64,000 nt of DNA, taken from contig CBDBKE010000004.1 in assembly GCA_965206645.1 (NCBI GenBank), forward strand, positions 1,632,001 through 1,696,000. The letters are read 5' to 3'. The position numbers and the translations under genes are program-made. This stretch comes from Terriglobia bacterium. Its GTDB lineage: Bacteria > Acidobacteriota > Terriglobia > JAJPHL01 > JAPKYU01. Below the pieces are notes generated by a model, which was given only the letters and a program-made list of their open reading frames with translations, searched no databases and was not told the origin of the DNA. Each line of letters begins with the position of its first letter. Positions within the stretch are counted from its first letter, which is position 1. Below, in pieces: positions 1 to 8,429 of the stretch.

Positions 1-120
1 TTCGATCAGAGTAAAGCCGGCGGCAACAGATGCATTTCGTCCAGCTCGAGCAGCAAGATGCCGGCTGCAGCAGGTTAACGCACCCTGGGACCGGGCCTGG
101 CTCCGGTCACCAATCGGCAT
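1..120 (-). CDS. Prepilin-type (pseudopilin) protein, partial, runs off the window edge
   Basis: Minus strand 18..1 reads GFTLIE, the prepilin cleavage/methylation motif. The frame is open from an ATG at 120, but the start is uncertain. Confidence 0.7.
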   Translation of the reverse strand, partial: MPIGDRSQARSQGALTCCSRHLAARAGRNASVAAGFTLIE

Positions 121-571
121 ACTGGCTTCCATCCAGTGCGGTGTCCTGACTCTTGGTATAAACGTCGAAGAGGTTCTCGCCCCCCCAGCTCATGGACTGG
201 GGGTCGTCCTGCATCGAGCGCAGTCCCCAGTCGTCAGAATTGGTCATGGGGTCACGCGGGATGCGTCGCAGAAACTTGAACTTCTTGTCTACCTGGCCCA
301 CCATGTCTACGCCGTTGACCAATGTTTCCAGGTCAGGCGGATATCCTTCGCTTCCCACCTCCACCTGGATCAGGCCGCGGTCTGCGGCGTCCTTGTAGCG
401 GTCAACTGCATCGCGCATCTGGCGCAGGGCGTAGCGGAGTTCGCGTTCGCGCTCGCGCTTGACCTTGACGCGCGCCAGCGGCAGCGCCATAGTCGTAAGA
501 ATCAGCAGAATCGTGAAGGCAACGATCAATTCCACTAGGCTTAGGCCCTGCTCGCTTCTCCACTGCCTCAT
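107..571 (-). CDS. Type II secretion pseudopilin (GspG-like)
   Basis: QGLSLVELIV prepilin motif and hydrophobic helix, YPPDLETLV and FLRRIPRDPM motifs, directly downstream of a secretin. Confidence 0.9.
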   Translation of the reverse strand: MRQWRSEQGLSLVELIVAFTILLILTTMALPLARVKVKRERERELRYALRQMRDAVDRYKDAADRGLIQVEVGSEGYPPDLETLVNGVDMVGQVDKKFKFLRRIPRDPMTNSDDWGLRSMQDDPQSMSWGGENLFDVYTKSQDTALDGSQYADW

Positions 572-591
572 AGCCCGATTGCTCCATCGCC

Positions 592-3072
592 TCAGTTCAC
601 CACCACGCTGGCCCGAGCGCCGCGGACCTGCCCAGTCTTCTGTCCCGGGTTGCGCGCTCCGGTCCGCAGCAGGTTCAACCTGGACTCGCCGGTGGTCTTG
701 GCTTCAAAGGTGAGCGTGGCGACAATCCCAGTGCCGGAAACTCCTTGCATGCCCGGCTCCCGGGTCAGTGTGACCGTTGCCATGCCTGTTTTATGATCCA
801 CTCGCTCGGCAACAGTGACTAACTGCCCCTCTGGCGCCAGGAAGTCTCCATGGCTCACGTCTACTAGTTTGAGCAATTTTGGATCGTAACGCAACCACAG
901 AGGCAGCGAGGCGATGTTCTGCGCTTGCTCGATATGAACAGCCACGTCGAACCTGCTGCCCACGGCCTGGTTGTAAACTGCCTCGCCGAAGCGCAGGGCC
1001 GTTGTCGCGGAGGCTGCCAGAAAAGAGGGAGTTTCAACGACATCCGCACGGGGTGGCAGGGCAGGGGTAGTGGCGGAGCCGGGCTCAGAGTCGGGCGGGG
1101 GTTCGGCGGGCGACGGGTCGGGAGGGGTGGCCGGTGGAGATTCCGGTTTCTCTGAGCTCTGTTCTGGAGACGCTGGAGGAGCCGCCCCGTCAGGCGGCCC
1201 GCCAGGGAGAGGAGCCAGCGGCGGAGCTGGCGCGGCGCTGCTGCCGGGCGCCGCCGGCGCACGCTCGGTTGTTGCTGGGCGGGTCCGAATCCGGAAATTG
1301 CTGGATGTGCCCACGTCAATTCCCCGCAGGTTGGCGGCGGTCATCCGCGGCAGCCGCACGATGTGCGGGGTCATTACAATCAGCACCTCATTCTCGGATA
1401 CCTCCTTGCGGGTGGAAGAAAAGAAATGCTTCAGCACCGGGATCTTCGACAGGCCGGGGATCCCGGCCATCGAGGTGGTCTCCTGGGTCTCGAGGATGCC
1501 TCCCAGGATGTTCATTTCCCCTTCGCGCAGGCGGATCTCTTGTTCCACTCTCCGTTGCCCGATTATCGGCTGTTCCAGACCCCCCACATTCACCCGGGAA
1601 GTGACCGCGGAAATTTCTACCTTTACCTTCAGGGAAACGTCGCGGTTTCCGTGCACCTTGGGAGTGATGTCCAAATTGACTCCGACATCAATATATTGAA
1701 ATTGGGTGCTGACCAGAGGGCTGATCCCCGCGCCCGCTACACCGCCAATGCCCGAGAAACTGCCGGTGGCGATCGGAATGCGTTCACCGATGGCCAGTTT
1801 GGCGCTCTGGCCGTCGACGGCGCGCACCTGCGGATTTTGCAGCAGGCGGGCGCCCCCCTCGCTGAGCAGCAGGTTCAGGGCGGCGCCGGGTAGGACAATG
1901 CTCCAGTCGTTACTGCCAAGCTTTCCCAGACGGCTCAGGGGGATTACACCGGTACCGGAGCCTGGAGTAAAGGCGACCGGGATTTGCAGCCCAGGACTGC
2001 CGGGAAACAGCCCTATCTCGCGGGACCGGTCGCGGCGCATCTGCAACACCGCTACGTCAATCACCACCTCAGCCTTGGCTTTATCAATGTCGTTGACGAG
2101 CTTCTCAGCGATGGCCACCTTATCCGGCGTGTCGCGCACGATGATCGCATTCTGGGAATTCACCTGCTGGACGCGGTTGTTCTCCAGCAGATTGCGGATC
2201 GTCTGGGCCAGCTCGGTGATTTCCTGGGGTTGGATGAGGTTGGTAAGGTAGAACGTCTTGATCACCAGCGGCTCCTGCTCCCGACGTTTGGCCGCTGCGT
2301 AGACCAGGATGGTGTTTGAGGTGAGCGGCTTCCAGAGGTTCTTGGTGATCACTGCCAGGTGGTCCAACGCCTGCTCCAGCGTCACGCGGTTCAGCTCGAT
2401 GGAGATGCGGCGGCTCTGAAAGTCGGGCTCGAGCAGCACATTGATGCCGGCCAGCTTGCCAACGGTTTCAAACAAAACCTTACTTTCATTGGTGGCCTTC
2501 AGAGTGATGGGAGCGCGGGAAAGAGGGGCCAGCGTGACTGGGCCTTCGACTCGGTCCAACCGTTGCTGCAGTTCGGCTTCCGCCTGTTCGCGGGGTGTCA
2601 GAGGCTTGGCCGGAGGGGGCGGAGCGCCCTCCTGGGCCTCCAGCATAGATAGCGTGCGCCGGAGCTCCTGTTCGGCGATTGCACTGGAGGGATCGATGGC
2701 AAAGGCGCCCTCGAATTCCTTCAGCGCTTCCGCCAGCTTGCCGCTATCCCGCAGTTTGTGCCCGCGATCCACGTGGGTCATCGCGGCCAGGAAGCGCAGG
2801 CGGCGCGCAGCCAGCAGGTACTGCACCTGCTTAGGGTCCTCGCGCACGGCTCGCTCGTAGAGCACCAGCGCGGTATCGAAGTCGTTGCTTTGTTCTGCCT
2901 TGCGACCTTCCCGGAAGTACTTCTTGCCCTTGCCGGCCAGAGCTGGCTCGGCGCATAGAGTTAGCAGCAGGAGCAGGCATAGCAACCCTGCGCCAGCTCT
3001 AACACATTGATTCCCCATTGCTTGCAGCAAGCTACCAGCAGTCCACGCCTGCTCGCGCATGCGGGTGCGCAC
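592..3072 (-). CDS. Secretin (GspD/PilQ-like) with N-terminal TPR, Pro-rich linker and C-terminal cohesin-like domain
   Basis: Secretin motifs (LLQNPQVRAVDGQSAKLAIGERIP, DVGVNLDITPKV, GIPGLSKIPVLKHFF) and a cohesin-like LRYDPKLLKLVDV segment. The true start may be downstream of 3072. Confidence 0.9.
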   Translation of the reverse strand: MRTRMREQAWTAGSLLQAMGNQCVRAGAGLLCLLLLLTLCAEPALAGKGKKYFREGRKAEQSNDFDTALVLYERAVREDPKQVQYLLAARRLRFLAAMTHVDRGHKLRDSGKLAEALKEFEGAFAIDPSSAIAEQELRRTLSMLEAQEGAPPPPAKPLTPREQAEAELQQRLDRVEGPVTLAPLSRAPITLKATNESKVLFETVGKLAGINVLLEPDFQSRRISIELNRVTLEQALDHLAVITKNLWKPLTSNTILVYAAAKRREQEPLVIKTFYLTNLIQPQEITELAQTIRNLLENNRVQQVNSQNAIIVRDTPDKVAIAEKLVNDIDKAKAEVVIDVAVLQMRRDRSREIGLFPGSPGLQIPVAFTPGSGTGVIPLSRLGKLGSNDWSIVLPGAALNLLLSEGGARLLQNPQVRAVDGQSAKLAIGERIPIATGSFSGIGGVAGAGISPLVSTQFQYIDVGVNLDITPKVHGNRDVSLKVKVEISAVTSRVNVGGLEQPIIGQRRVEQEIRLREGEMNILGGILETQETTSMAGIPGLSKIPVLKHFFSSTRKEVSENEVLIVMTPHIVRLPRMTAANLRGIDVGTSSNFRIRTRPATTERAPAAPGSSAAPAPPLAPLPGGPPDGAAPPASPEQSSEKPESPPATPPDPSPAEPPPDSEPGSATTPALPPRADVVETPSFLAASATTALRFGEAVYNQAVGSRFDVAVHIEQAQNIASLPLWLRYDPKLLKLVDVSHGDFLAPEGQLVTVAERVDHKTGMATVTLTREPGMQGVSGTGIVATLTFEAKTTGESRLNLLRTGARNPGQKTGQVRGARASVVVN

Positions 3073-3152
3073 CTCCCCTCAGTTGTGTTACCATCGCTTA
3101 GTTTGACGGTGGAACTGCCCGAAGCGTTGGGGGTGAAACCGCCGAGTTCTTC

Positions 3153-3617
3153 ATGCCCGAGCAGAAAGACGAGAAGGTCCTCACTTTTAATCGTCAGGCT
3201 TCTCACAACTACCAGTTGCTGGAGCGGTTTGAGGCAGGTGTCGCGCTGACGGGCACAGAGGTCAAATCGGCTCGGGACGGCCGGGTGAATCTTCGCGACA
3301 GCTACGCCACGCTGAAGGAGGGCGAGGTCTGGTTGCTTAACTGCCACATCAACCCCTATTCCCACGGCGGCTTCTCGAACCATGATCCAACTCGTTCCCG
3401 TAAGCTGTTGCTGCATAAAGAGGAAATCCGTCGTTTGATTGGCAAGGTGCGCCAGCGCGGCTTGACGATGGTGCCCACGCGCATGTACCTGAAGAGAGGC
3501 CGCATCAAGGTGGAGCTGGCGCTAGCCAAGGGCAAGCACAGCTACGACAAGCGCGAAGCCGAGCGCCGCCGCCAGGCCGAAAAGGAGGCCCGCCAAGCTA
3601 TGAGCCTCCGAAGATGA
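3153..3617 (+). CDS. smpB: SsrA-binding protein SmpB
   Basis: NRQASHNY, EAGVALTGTEVKS, RKLLLHKEEI, AKGKHSYDKRE. Confidence 0.97.
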   Translation: MPEQKDEKVLTFNRQASHNYQLLERFEAGVALTGTEVKSARDGRVNLRDSYATLKEGEVWLLNCHINPYSHGGFSNHDPTRSRKLLLHKEEIRRLIGKVRQRGLTMVPTRMYLKRGRIKVELALAKGKHSYDKREAERRRQAEKEARQAMSLRR

Positions 3618-3641
3618 AACAATTGCCAAGTAGCGCCGCCT

Positions 3642-5147
3642 ATGCATATCCAACTCAGCTTTGATACTCCCGAAGGTCTGGAAACCGACGCCCTGGTCGT
3701 AGTGGTGTTCGAAAAGGGGAATCCGTATGCGCCGCGCCTGGAAAGTTCGGTGCCGCTGCGCAAGTTAGTTCAAGAAATGATAGACGCACAGGAAGTGGCC
3801 GGGCAGCCCTATGAGATGGCCCTGATCCATCGACCAGAAGGACTGAAAGCTCGCCGCCTGCTTCTGTTGGGCGCCGGGAAGCGCGAGCGTTTCGGCGTCT
3901 TCGAATTGCGCCGCGCTGCCGGGGCGGCCGCGCGCTTTTTGAAGCCGAAATCCATTTCCGAATTCGCCTTTTTCCTAGACGGCAGTCTGAGTGAAGTGGA
4001 AAGCGCCGCGGCAGTGGTGGAAGGTGCTGTCGTGGCCGACCTTGATCCGGATCTGTACAAGACCGACAAGAAAGAGAAGAAACGGATTGCACGGCTCACT
4101 CTAGTTGGTTCGGACCGTGCCCGCGAGCGCGAACTGGCGGAAGTCGCGCGGCGCTCCCACATTCTCGCTGAAGCGCAAAACTTTGCCCGGGAACTGGTCA
4201 ATGAGCCCAGCAACCGCATGACGCCTTCTCAGCTTGCCGAGCGCGCCCGCACCATGGCCACCGAGGTGGGGCTCGAGTGGGAGGTCCTGGATCGCGCGGC
4301 CCTCGAGCAGTTGAAGATGGGCGCGTTCCTCAGCGTGGCCCAGGGCAGCGCCGAGCCGCCGGTGCTCATCGTGCTGAAATACCGCCCGGAAGGGGCTGCT
4401 GCCGCGCCCCAGTTAGGCCTGATCGGTAAGGGCATCACCTTCGATACCGGCGGAATTTCCATCAAGCCGTCCGAGGGCATGGAGAAGATGAAATCCGATA
4501 TGGCGGGCGGGGCCACCATGATTGCAGTGATGCGCGCCATCGCCCAGCTCCGCCCCACGGTAAGGGTGGTGGGCCTGATTCCCGCTACTGAAAACATGCC
4601 AGGGGGCCGCGCCCAAAAGCCGGGCGACATCCAGGTGGCCATGTCGGGGAAGACCATCGAGGTTATCAATACCGACGCCGAAGGACGATTGGTGCTGGCT
4701 GACGCCCTGCATTACGCCAAAACGCTGGGATGCACGCACCTGGTGGATGCGGCTACGCTCACGGGCGCTGTTGCGGTGGCGCTGGGAAATGTCAACACAG
4801 GCGTGTTTGCCAATGACGAGAAGTTTCTGGAATTGCTGCTGGCTAGCGCTCGCAGCTGTGGGGAGAAGCTGTGGCCGCTCCCTCTAGACGAGGATTACGG
4901 CGAGCAGATCCGCAGTTACATCGCCGACCTGAAGAATACGGGCGGGCGGTACGGCGGCGCTATTACCGCCGCTATGTTCTTGAAGGAGTTTTGCGCCGAC
5001 ACGCCCTGGCTCCACCTGGACATCGCGGGCACTGCCTGGATGGACGAGGCCAACCCGTACATGGCCAGAGGGGCGTCCGGGGTGGCGGTGCGAACGCTGG
5101 CAACCCTGGCGTTGCGATTGGGGGAAAGCGTTGCGGCGGGTCCATAA
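3642..5147 (+). CDS. pepA: Leucyl aminopeptidase (M17)
   Basis: GKGITFDTGG, MKSDMAG and the NTDAEGRL signature. Confidence 0.96.
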   Translation: MHIQLSFDTPEGLETDALVVVVFEKGNPYAPRLESSVPLRKLVQEMIDAQEVAGQPYEMALIHRPEGLKARRLLLLGAGKRERFGVFELRRAAGAAARFLKPKSISEFAFFLDGSLSEVESAAAVVEGAVVADLDPDLYKTDKKEKKRIARLTLVGSDRARERELAEVARRSHILAEAQNFARELVNEPSNRMTPSQLAERARTMATEVGLEWEVLDRAALEQLKMGAFLSVAQGSAEPPVLIVLKYRPEGAAAAPQLGLIGKGITFDTGGISIKPSEGMEKMKSDMAGGATMIAVMRAIAQLRPTVRVVGLIPATENMPGGRAQKPGDIQVAMSGKTIEVINTDAEGRLVLADALHYAKTLGCTHLVDAATLTGAVAVALGNVNTGVFANDEKFLELLLASARSCGEKLWPLPLDEDYGEQIRSYIADLKNTGGRYGGAITAAMFLKEFCADTPWLHLDIAGTAWMDEANPYMARGASGVAVRTLATLALRLGESVAAGP

Positions 5148-5707
5148 TGGCGGAGCATCCTTACGTGGTTGTCGTCACCCTGGTGGCCCTGTCGCTGCTG
5201 GTCGTGTTGGTCTGGGCGTTGCGTCGGCCGCCCAAGTTGCCGGCCGATGTGGCCCGGGCGCGCGCCAGCGTCAGCGCCATGCGGCGCATCCTGGTTCCGA
5301 TCCGCGGCTTCCCGCATGAGGAGCGCGCGGTGGAATTGGCCTGCCGTCTGGGACAGGAGCAAAAGGGGCAGATCTTGTTGGTCTCGGTCATTGAGGTGCC
5401 GCTGACCCTCAGCCTGGGCACCGCATTGCCGGAGCAGGAAGAGCGGTCTGAGGCAGCCCTGCGCCGCAGCGTGGAACTGGTGAAAACGCATGGGTTGGAG
5501 CCGGTCTCGCGCCTGGAACGGGACCGCGAAGCGGGCAAGGGAATCTTGCGAGTGGCCAAGGAAATGAACGTGGACGTGGTGGTGATCGGTCTGGATCCAG
5601 GTCGCAGTATCGACGGGGATCCGGTCGGCCCGACGACGGAGACCTTACTCCGCCGCGCCAGTTTTGAAGTCATCGTGGACCGCCCGTCCCCTGCGCCGGT
5701 CGAATGA
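5147..5707 (+). CDS. Universal stress protein with N-terminal transmembrane helix
   Basis: ATG at 5147 overlaps the pepA stop. RRILVPIRG, DVVVIG and VGPTTETLLRRASFEVIV match the USP pattern. Confidence 0.85.
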   Translation: MAEHPYVVVVTLVALSLLVVLVWALRRPPKLPADVARARASVSAMRRILVPIRGFPHEERAVELACRLGQEQKGQILLVSVIEVPLTLSLGTALPEQEERSEAALRRSVELVKTHGLEPVSRLERDREAGKGILRVAKEMNVDVVVIGLDPGRSIDGDPVGPTTETLLRRASFEVIVDRPSPAPVE

Positions 5708-5766
5708 GCAGCGCCATTGGCGAGACACCGTGCTCTGCAAGTTTGTGGTACGCTCAATTTCAGAGT

Positions 5767-5843
<77 letters not shown>

Positions 5844-5898
5844 CTGAACTTCTCTGTTTTCAGCACCCATCTGCCTTCCCTCTCATTGCCAAAGACGG

Positions 5899-5950
5899 AA
5901 CTGTAAAGAAACTGTCAAAAAACTGGCTCTAGACGGCCAGCACTGTAAAG
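5899..5950 (+). repeat. Putative integrase arm-type direct repeats
   Basis: AACTGTAAAG (5899), AACTGTCAAA (5910) and AACTGGC (5921) at 11-bp period, plus CACTGTAAAG (5941), just inside attL. Confidence 0.55.
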
Positions 5951-7089
5951 GAAGTCGCGCCGTGCTCGTTCGCCTGCCGGTCAAGCTTGGACAGCGCTTC
6001 CCGCATCATGTTGAGCTTCGCCTGGCTGTAACGCTTGAACACCTGCGAATCGCCTTGCCGCAGCATCTGCGTCACGAAATGATCCGCCACGCCCCCGGCG
6101 CTGAGCCGGGTCGCAAACGTGTGGCGCAACTCGTATAGCGAAAAATGCGGCAGCCCGGCGCGTTTGAGCGTCCGGTCCCACAGCTTGCGCACCGTCGTGA
6201 TGTGCGGCTTGCTGGACCCCATCCGCGGGCTCGGGAACAGGTAGTCGGAATCGCCGCTCTGCTTCATCTGCGAGGCGAACGCTTCGCGGGCTCTGTCGGT
6301 CATCGGCATGTCCGCGATACCGTTCACCGTCTTGGAATCCGGCAGATGCACGATCCCGTTCTCCAGATCGACCTGTTCCTTTCGCATCGGGATCAACTCG
6401 CGATAGGGCCGCAGCCCCATCTCCACCATGATCGCAATGATGTTACGCAAGTGCAGGGACGCGCAGGCTTCCAGCCAGGCCTGCTTCGAGGCGGTCAGAT
6501 AGTACGGCTTGCGCGTCGTACCAGCCAAGGGGACCGGAAACTCCACCCCATTACACGGATTGACCGCCAGCCGCCGCTTCTTCACCGCCACGTTCAGGAT
6601 GCGATGCAAGATGCGAAACTCCTGATGCACGGTGGCAGGTTTGAGCCTGCCGCGAAGTTGCAGCCCCAACTTGGTGTACACCCGCTTGCCTGTGTTCAAT
6701 CTGGTCATCAGATACGCTTCGATATCCTCCACTGTGATGTCCGATAGTCTGTTCTCGCCGAACCGGGGCCTGAGGAACTTCAGCGCGCCGAGGTTTTGCA
6801 GATGGGTCTGCTCGCTCCGGAAGGGTGGTTGGGAACGGTTCTCCAGGAACCAGTCCGCCCACTCGTTGAAGGTGATCCCAGCGCCCGGCGCGGCGCTCGG
6901 CAGCAGCCCCTCATCGCGAGCCACCAACCGTTTGCGCATCACCTTCTCGGCTTCGCCTTTTTCCCTCTGCCCTGTCGAGGTCTGTCTCCACCTCCCGTTC
7001 TGCTCCCGGTAGCTCATCCACCAGACGCGTGAATTGCGCCGGAGGTAGAGGCTACCAGCGGTATTTCTCGGTCTACCTGTCTTGTTCAT
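5929..7089 (-). CDS. int: Tyrosine recombinase / site-specific integrase
   Basis: GLRPYRE (R), DSKT (K), YELRHTFATRL, VFKRY (Y). GGAGG RBS precedes the ATG at 7089. Adjacent to the tRNA. Confidence 0.93.
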   Translation of the reverse strand: MNKTGRPRNTAGSLYLRRNSRVWWMSYREQNGRWRQTSTGQREKGEAEKVMRKRLVARDEGLLPSAAPGAGITFNEWADWFLENRSQPPFRSEQTHLQNLGALKFLRPRFGENRLSDITVEDIEAYLMTRLNTGKRVYTKLGLQLRGRLKPATVHQEFRILHRILNVAVKKRRLAVNPCNGVEFPVPLAGTTRKPYYLTASKQAWLEACASLHLRNIIAIMVEMGLRPYRELIPMRKEQVDLENGIVHLPDSKTVNGIADMPMTDRAREAFASQMKQSGDSDYLFPSPRMGSSKPHITTVRKLWDRTLKRAGLPHFSLYELRHTFATRLSAGGVADHFVTQMLRQGDSQVFKRYSQAKLNMMREALSKLDRQANEHGATSFTVLAV

Positions 7090-7291
7090 CGATTCCTCCA
7101 TTCACATGAAATTGCTGACGCCACTCGGCCAGCTCCGACCGTCGGAAGCGGATCGAGCGGCCCATCATGCGGTAATGGGGAATCTGCTTTCGCTCGACGT
7201 AAGCATACACCAGCGAGGGGCTGACACCCAGGAAGTGGGCGGCGGCCTTCACCGTGATCGGGGCATCTGTCGCTTCTCCGTTAAGGCTCAT
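7073..7291 (-). CDS. Excisionase-like HTH protein
   Basis: ITVKAAAHFLGVSPSLVYAYVERKQIPHYRMMGRSIRFRRSEL is an HTH_17/Xis pattern. The gene overlaps the int start. Confidence 0.88.
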   Translation of the reverse strand: MSLNGEATDAPITVKAAAHFLGVSPSLVYAYVERKQIPHYRMMGRSIRFRRSELAEWRQQFHVNGGIDEQDR

Positions 7292-7463
7292 CTTTCCCTC
7301 CCTACTCTCCATACGAAACTACAAGGGGGAACTCCGCGCGGAGAGTCCGTTGCGATTCCTCGGAGAAGACGCCGTATCGCTCGGCGATCCACGCCGGGAC
7401 TTCCAGCGTCTCGTCACCGTCCCGGTCGAAGTTCTTGAGGGTATTCACCCGTATGATTTTTCT

Positions 7464-8429
7464 TCATCCGTCATCGTGTTCCCTCCAGATCGGCTCGATA
7501 AGCCAGCGGTTTTGCGGCGCGTCGTAACCCTGGACGCGCAGCGCTTCCTCCACGAACCGCTTCCCCTCGCGGCGCGTCATGTGAATCACCATCGCAATGC
7601 CGTCCACCACGCCTCGGCATGTGACCTCCCAGGGAAGCTCACCGCCGCCCTGCATGGCGCAACTGGCGATGCGCGACAAGGCCGACTCGGCGTTGTTGGC
7701 GTGTACGGTGGTGAGCGAGCCGCCGTGTCCGGTGTTGAGGGCTTGTAGCAGGTCCGCCGCCTCCCCGCCGCGCACCTCGCCGACTACGATGTGATCCGGG
7801 CGGTGACGGAGCGCGTGGCGGACGAGATCACGGATCGTCACCGCTCCTTCCTGTAATCCGCGAGCCTCGAAGCGGACGCAATTCGAGCGCTCAATGCGAA
7901 GCTCCAGGGTGTCCTCGATGGCGACGATGCGCTCGTCGTCGGGAAGCAATTCAATAAGTGCGTTAAGCAGGGTGGTCTTGCCCGATCCGGTGCCGCCTGA
8001 AACCAGGATGTTGCGGCGCGAGCGCAACACCCGCTCCGCTTCCGCTCGCACCTCTTCTAGGAGTGCGCCTTGCTTCACGAGATCATCCGCCGAGAACGCC
8101 CGCTTGCCAAAGCGCCGCATGGTGATCGCCACCGTGGGGCTCGCGGGCGGAACACAGATCGCCACCCGCGAGCCGTCGTCCAGGCGCGCATCGACAATCG
8201 GCGAGCTCGCCGGATCCAAGCCCAAAGGCCGGGCGATGTGGATGGCCGCCCGCAACAGGGCCGATTCGTCCAGGTCCGGCGCGTCATGTGCCGTCAACCG
8301 CCCGGCCCGCTCGACCCAGACATTGCCGGGGCCGTTAATCATGATCTCGCTGACTTCGGAATCTTCCAGGGCGCTTTCCAATCCCGGTAGAAATGGTTTC
8401 AGGTGTTCCAGTCCACTCGCGGCGCTCAT
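7464..8429 (-). CDS. VirB11/TrbB/CpaF-family traffic ATPase
   Basis: Walker A GGTGSGKT, AIEDTLEL, LRHRPDHIVVGEVRG, NTGHGGSLTTVHAN. The start overlaps the T4CP stop (ATGA). Confidence 0.93.
   Translation of the reverse strand: MSAASGLEHLKPFLPGLESALEDSEVSEIMINGPGNVWVERAGRLTAHDAPDLDESALLRAAIHIARPLGLDPASSPIVDARLDDGSRVAICVPPASPTVAITMRRFGKRAFSADDLVKQGALLEEVRAEAERVLRSRRNILVSGGTGSGKTTLLNALIELLPDDERIVAIEDTLELRIERSNCVRFEARGLQEGAVTIRDLVRHALRHRPDHIVVGEVRGGEAADLLQALNTGHGGSLTTVHANNAESALSRIASCAMQGGGELPWEVTCRGVVDGIAMVIHMTRREGKRFVEEALRVQGYDAPQNRWLIEPIWREHDDG

Noticed and set aside
1040-1290. GC-rich low-complexity stretch
   Set aside because: It encodes the Pro/Ala linker of the secretin and is not a DNA repeat element.
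7464-8429. Tad pilus ATPase interpretation
   Set aside because: No tadB/C or flp genes are present, and it is coupled to a T4CP inside a T4SS operon.
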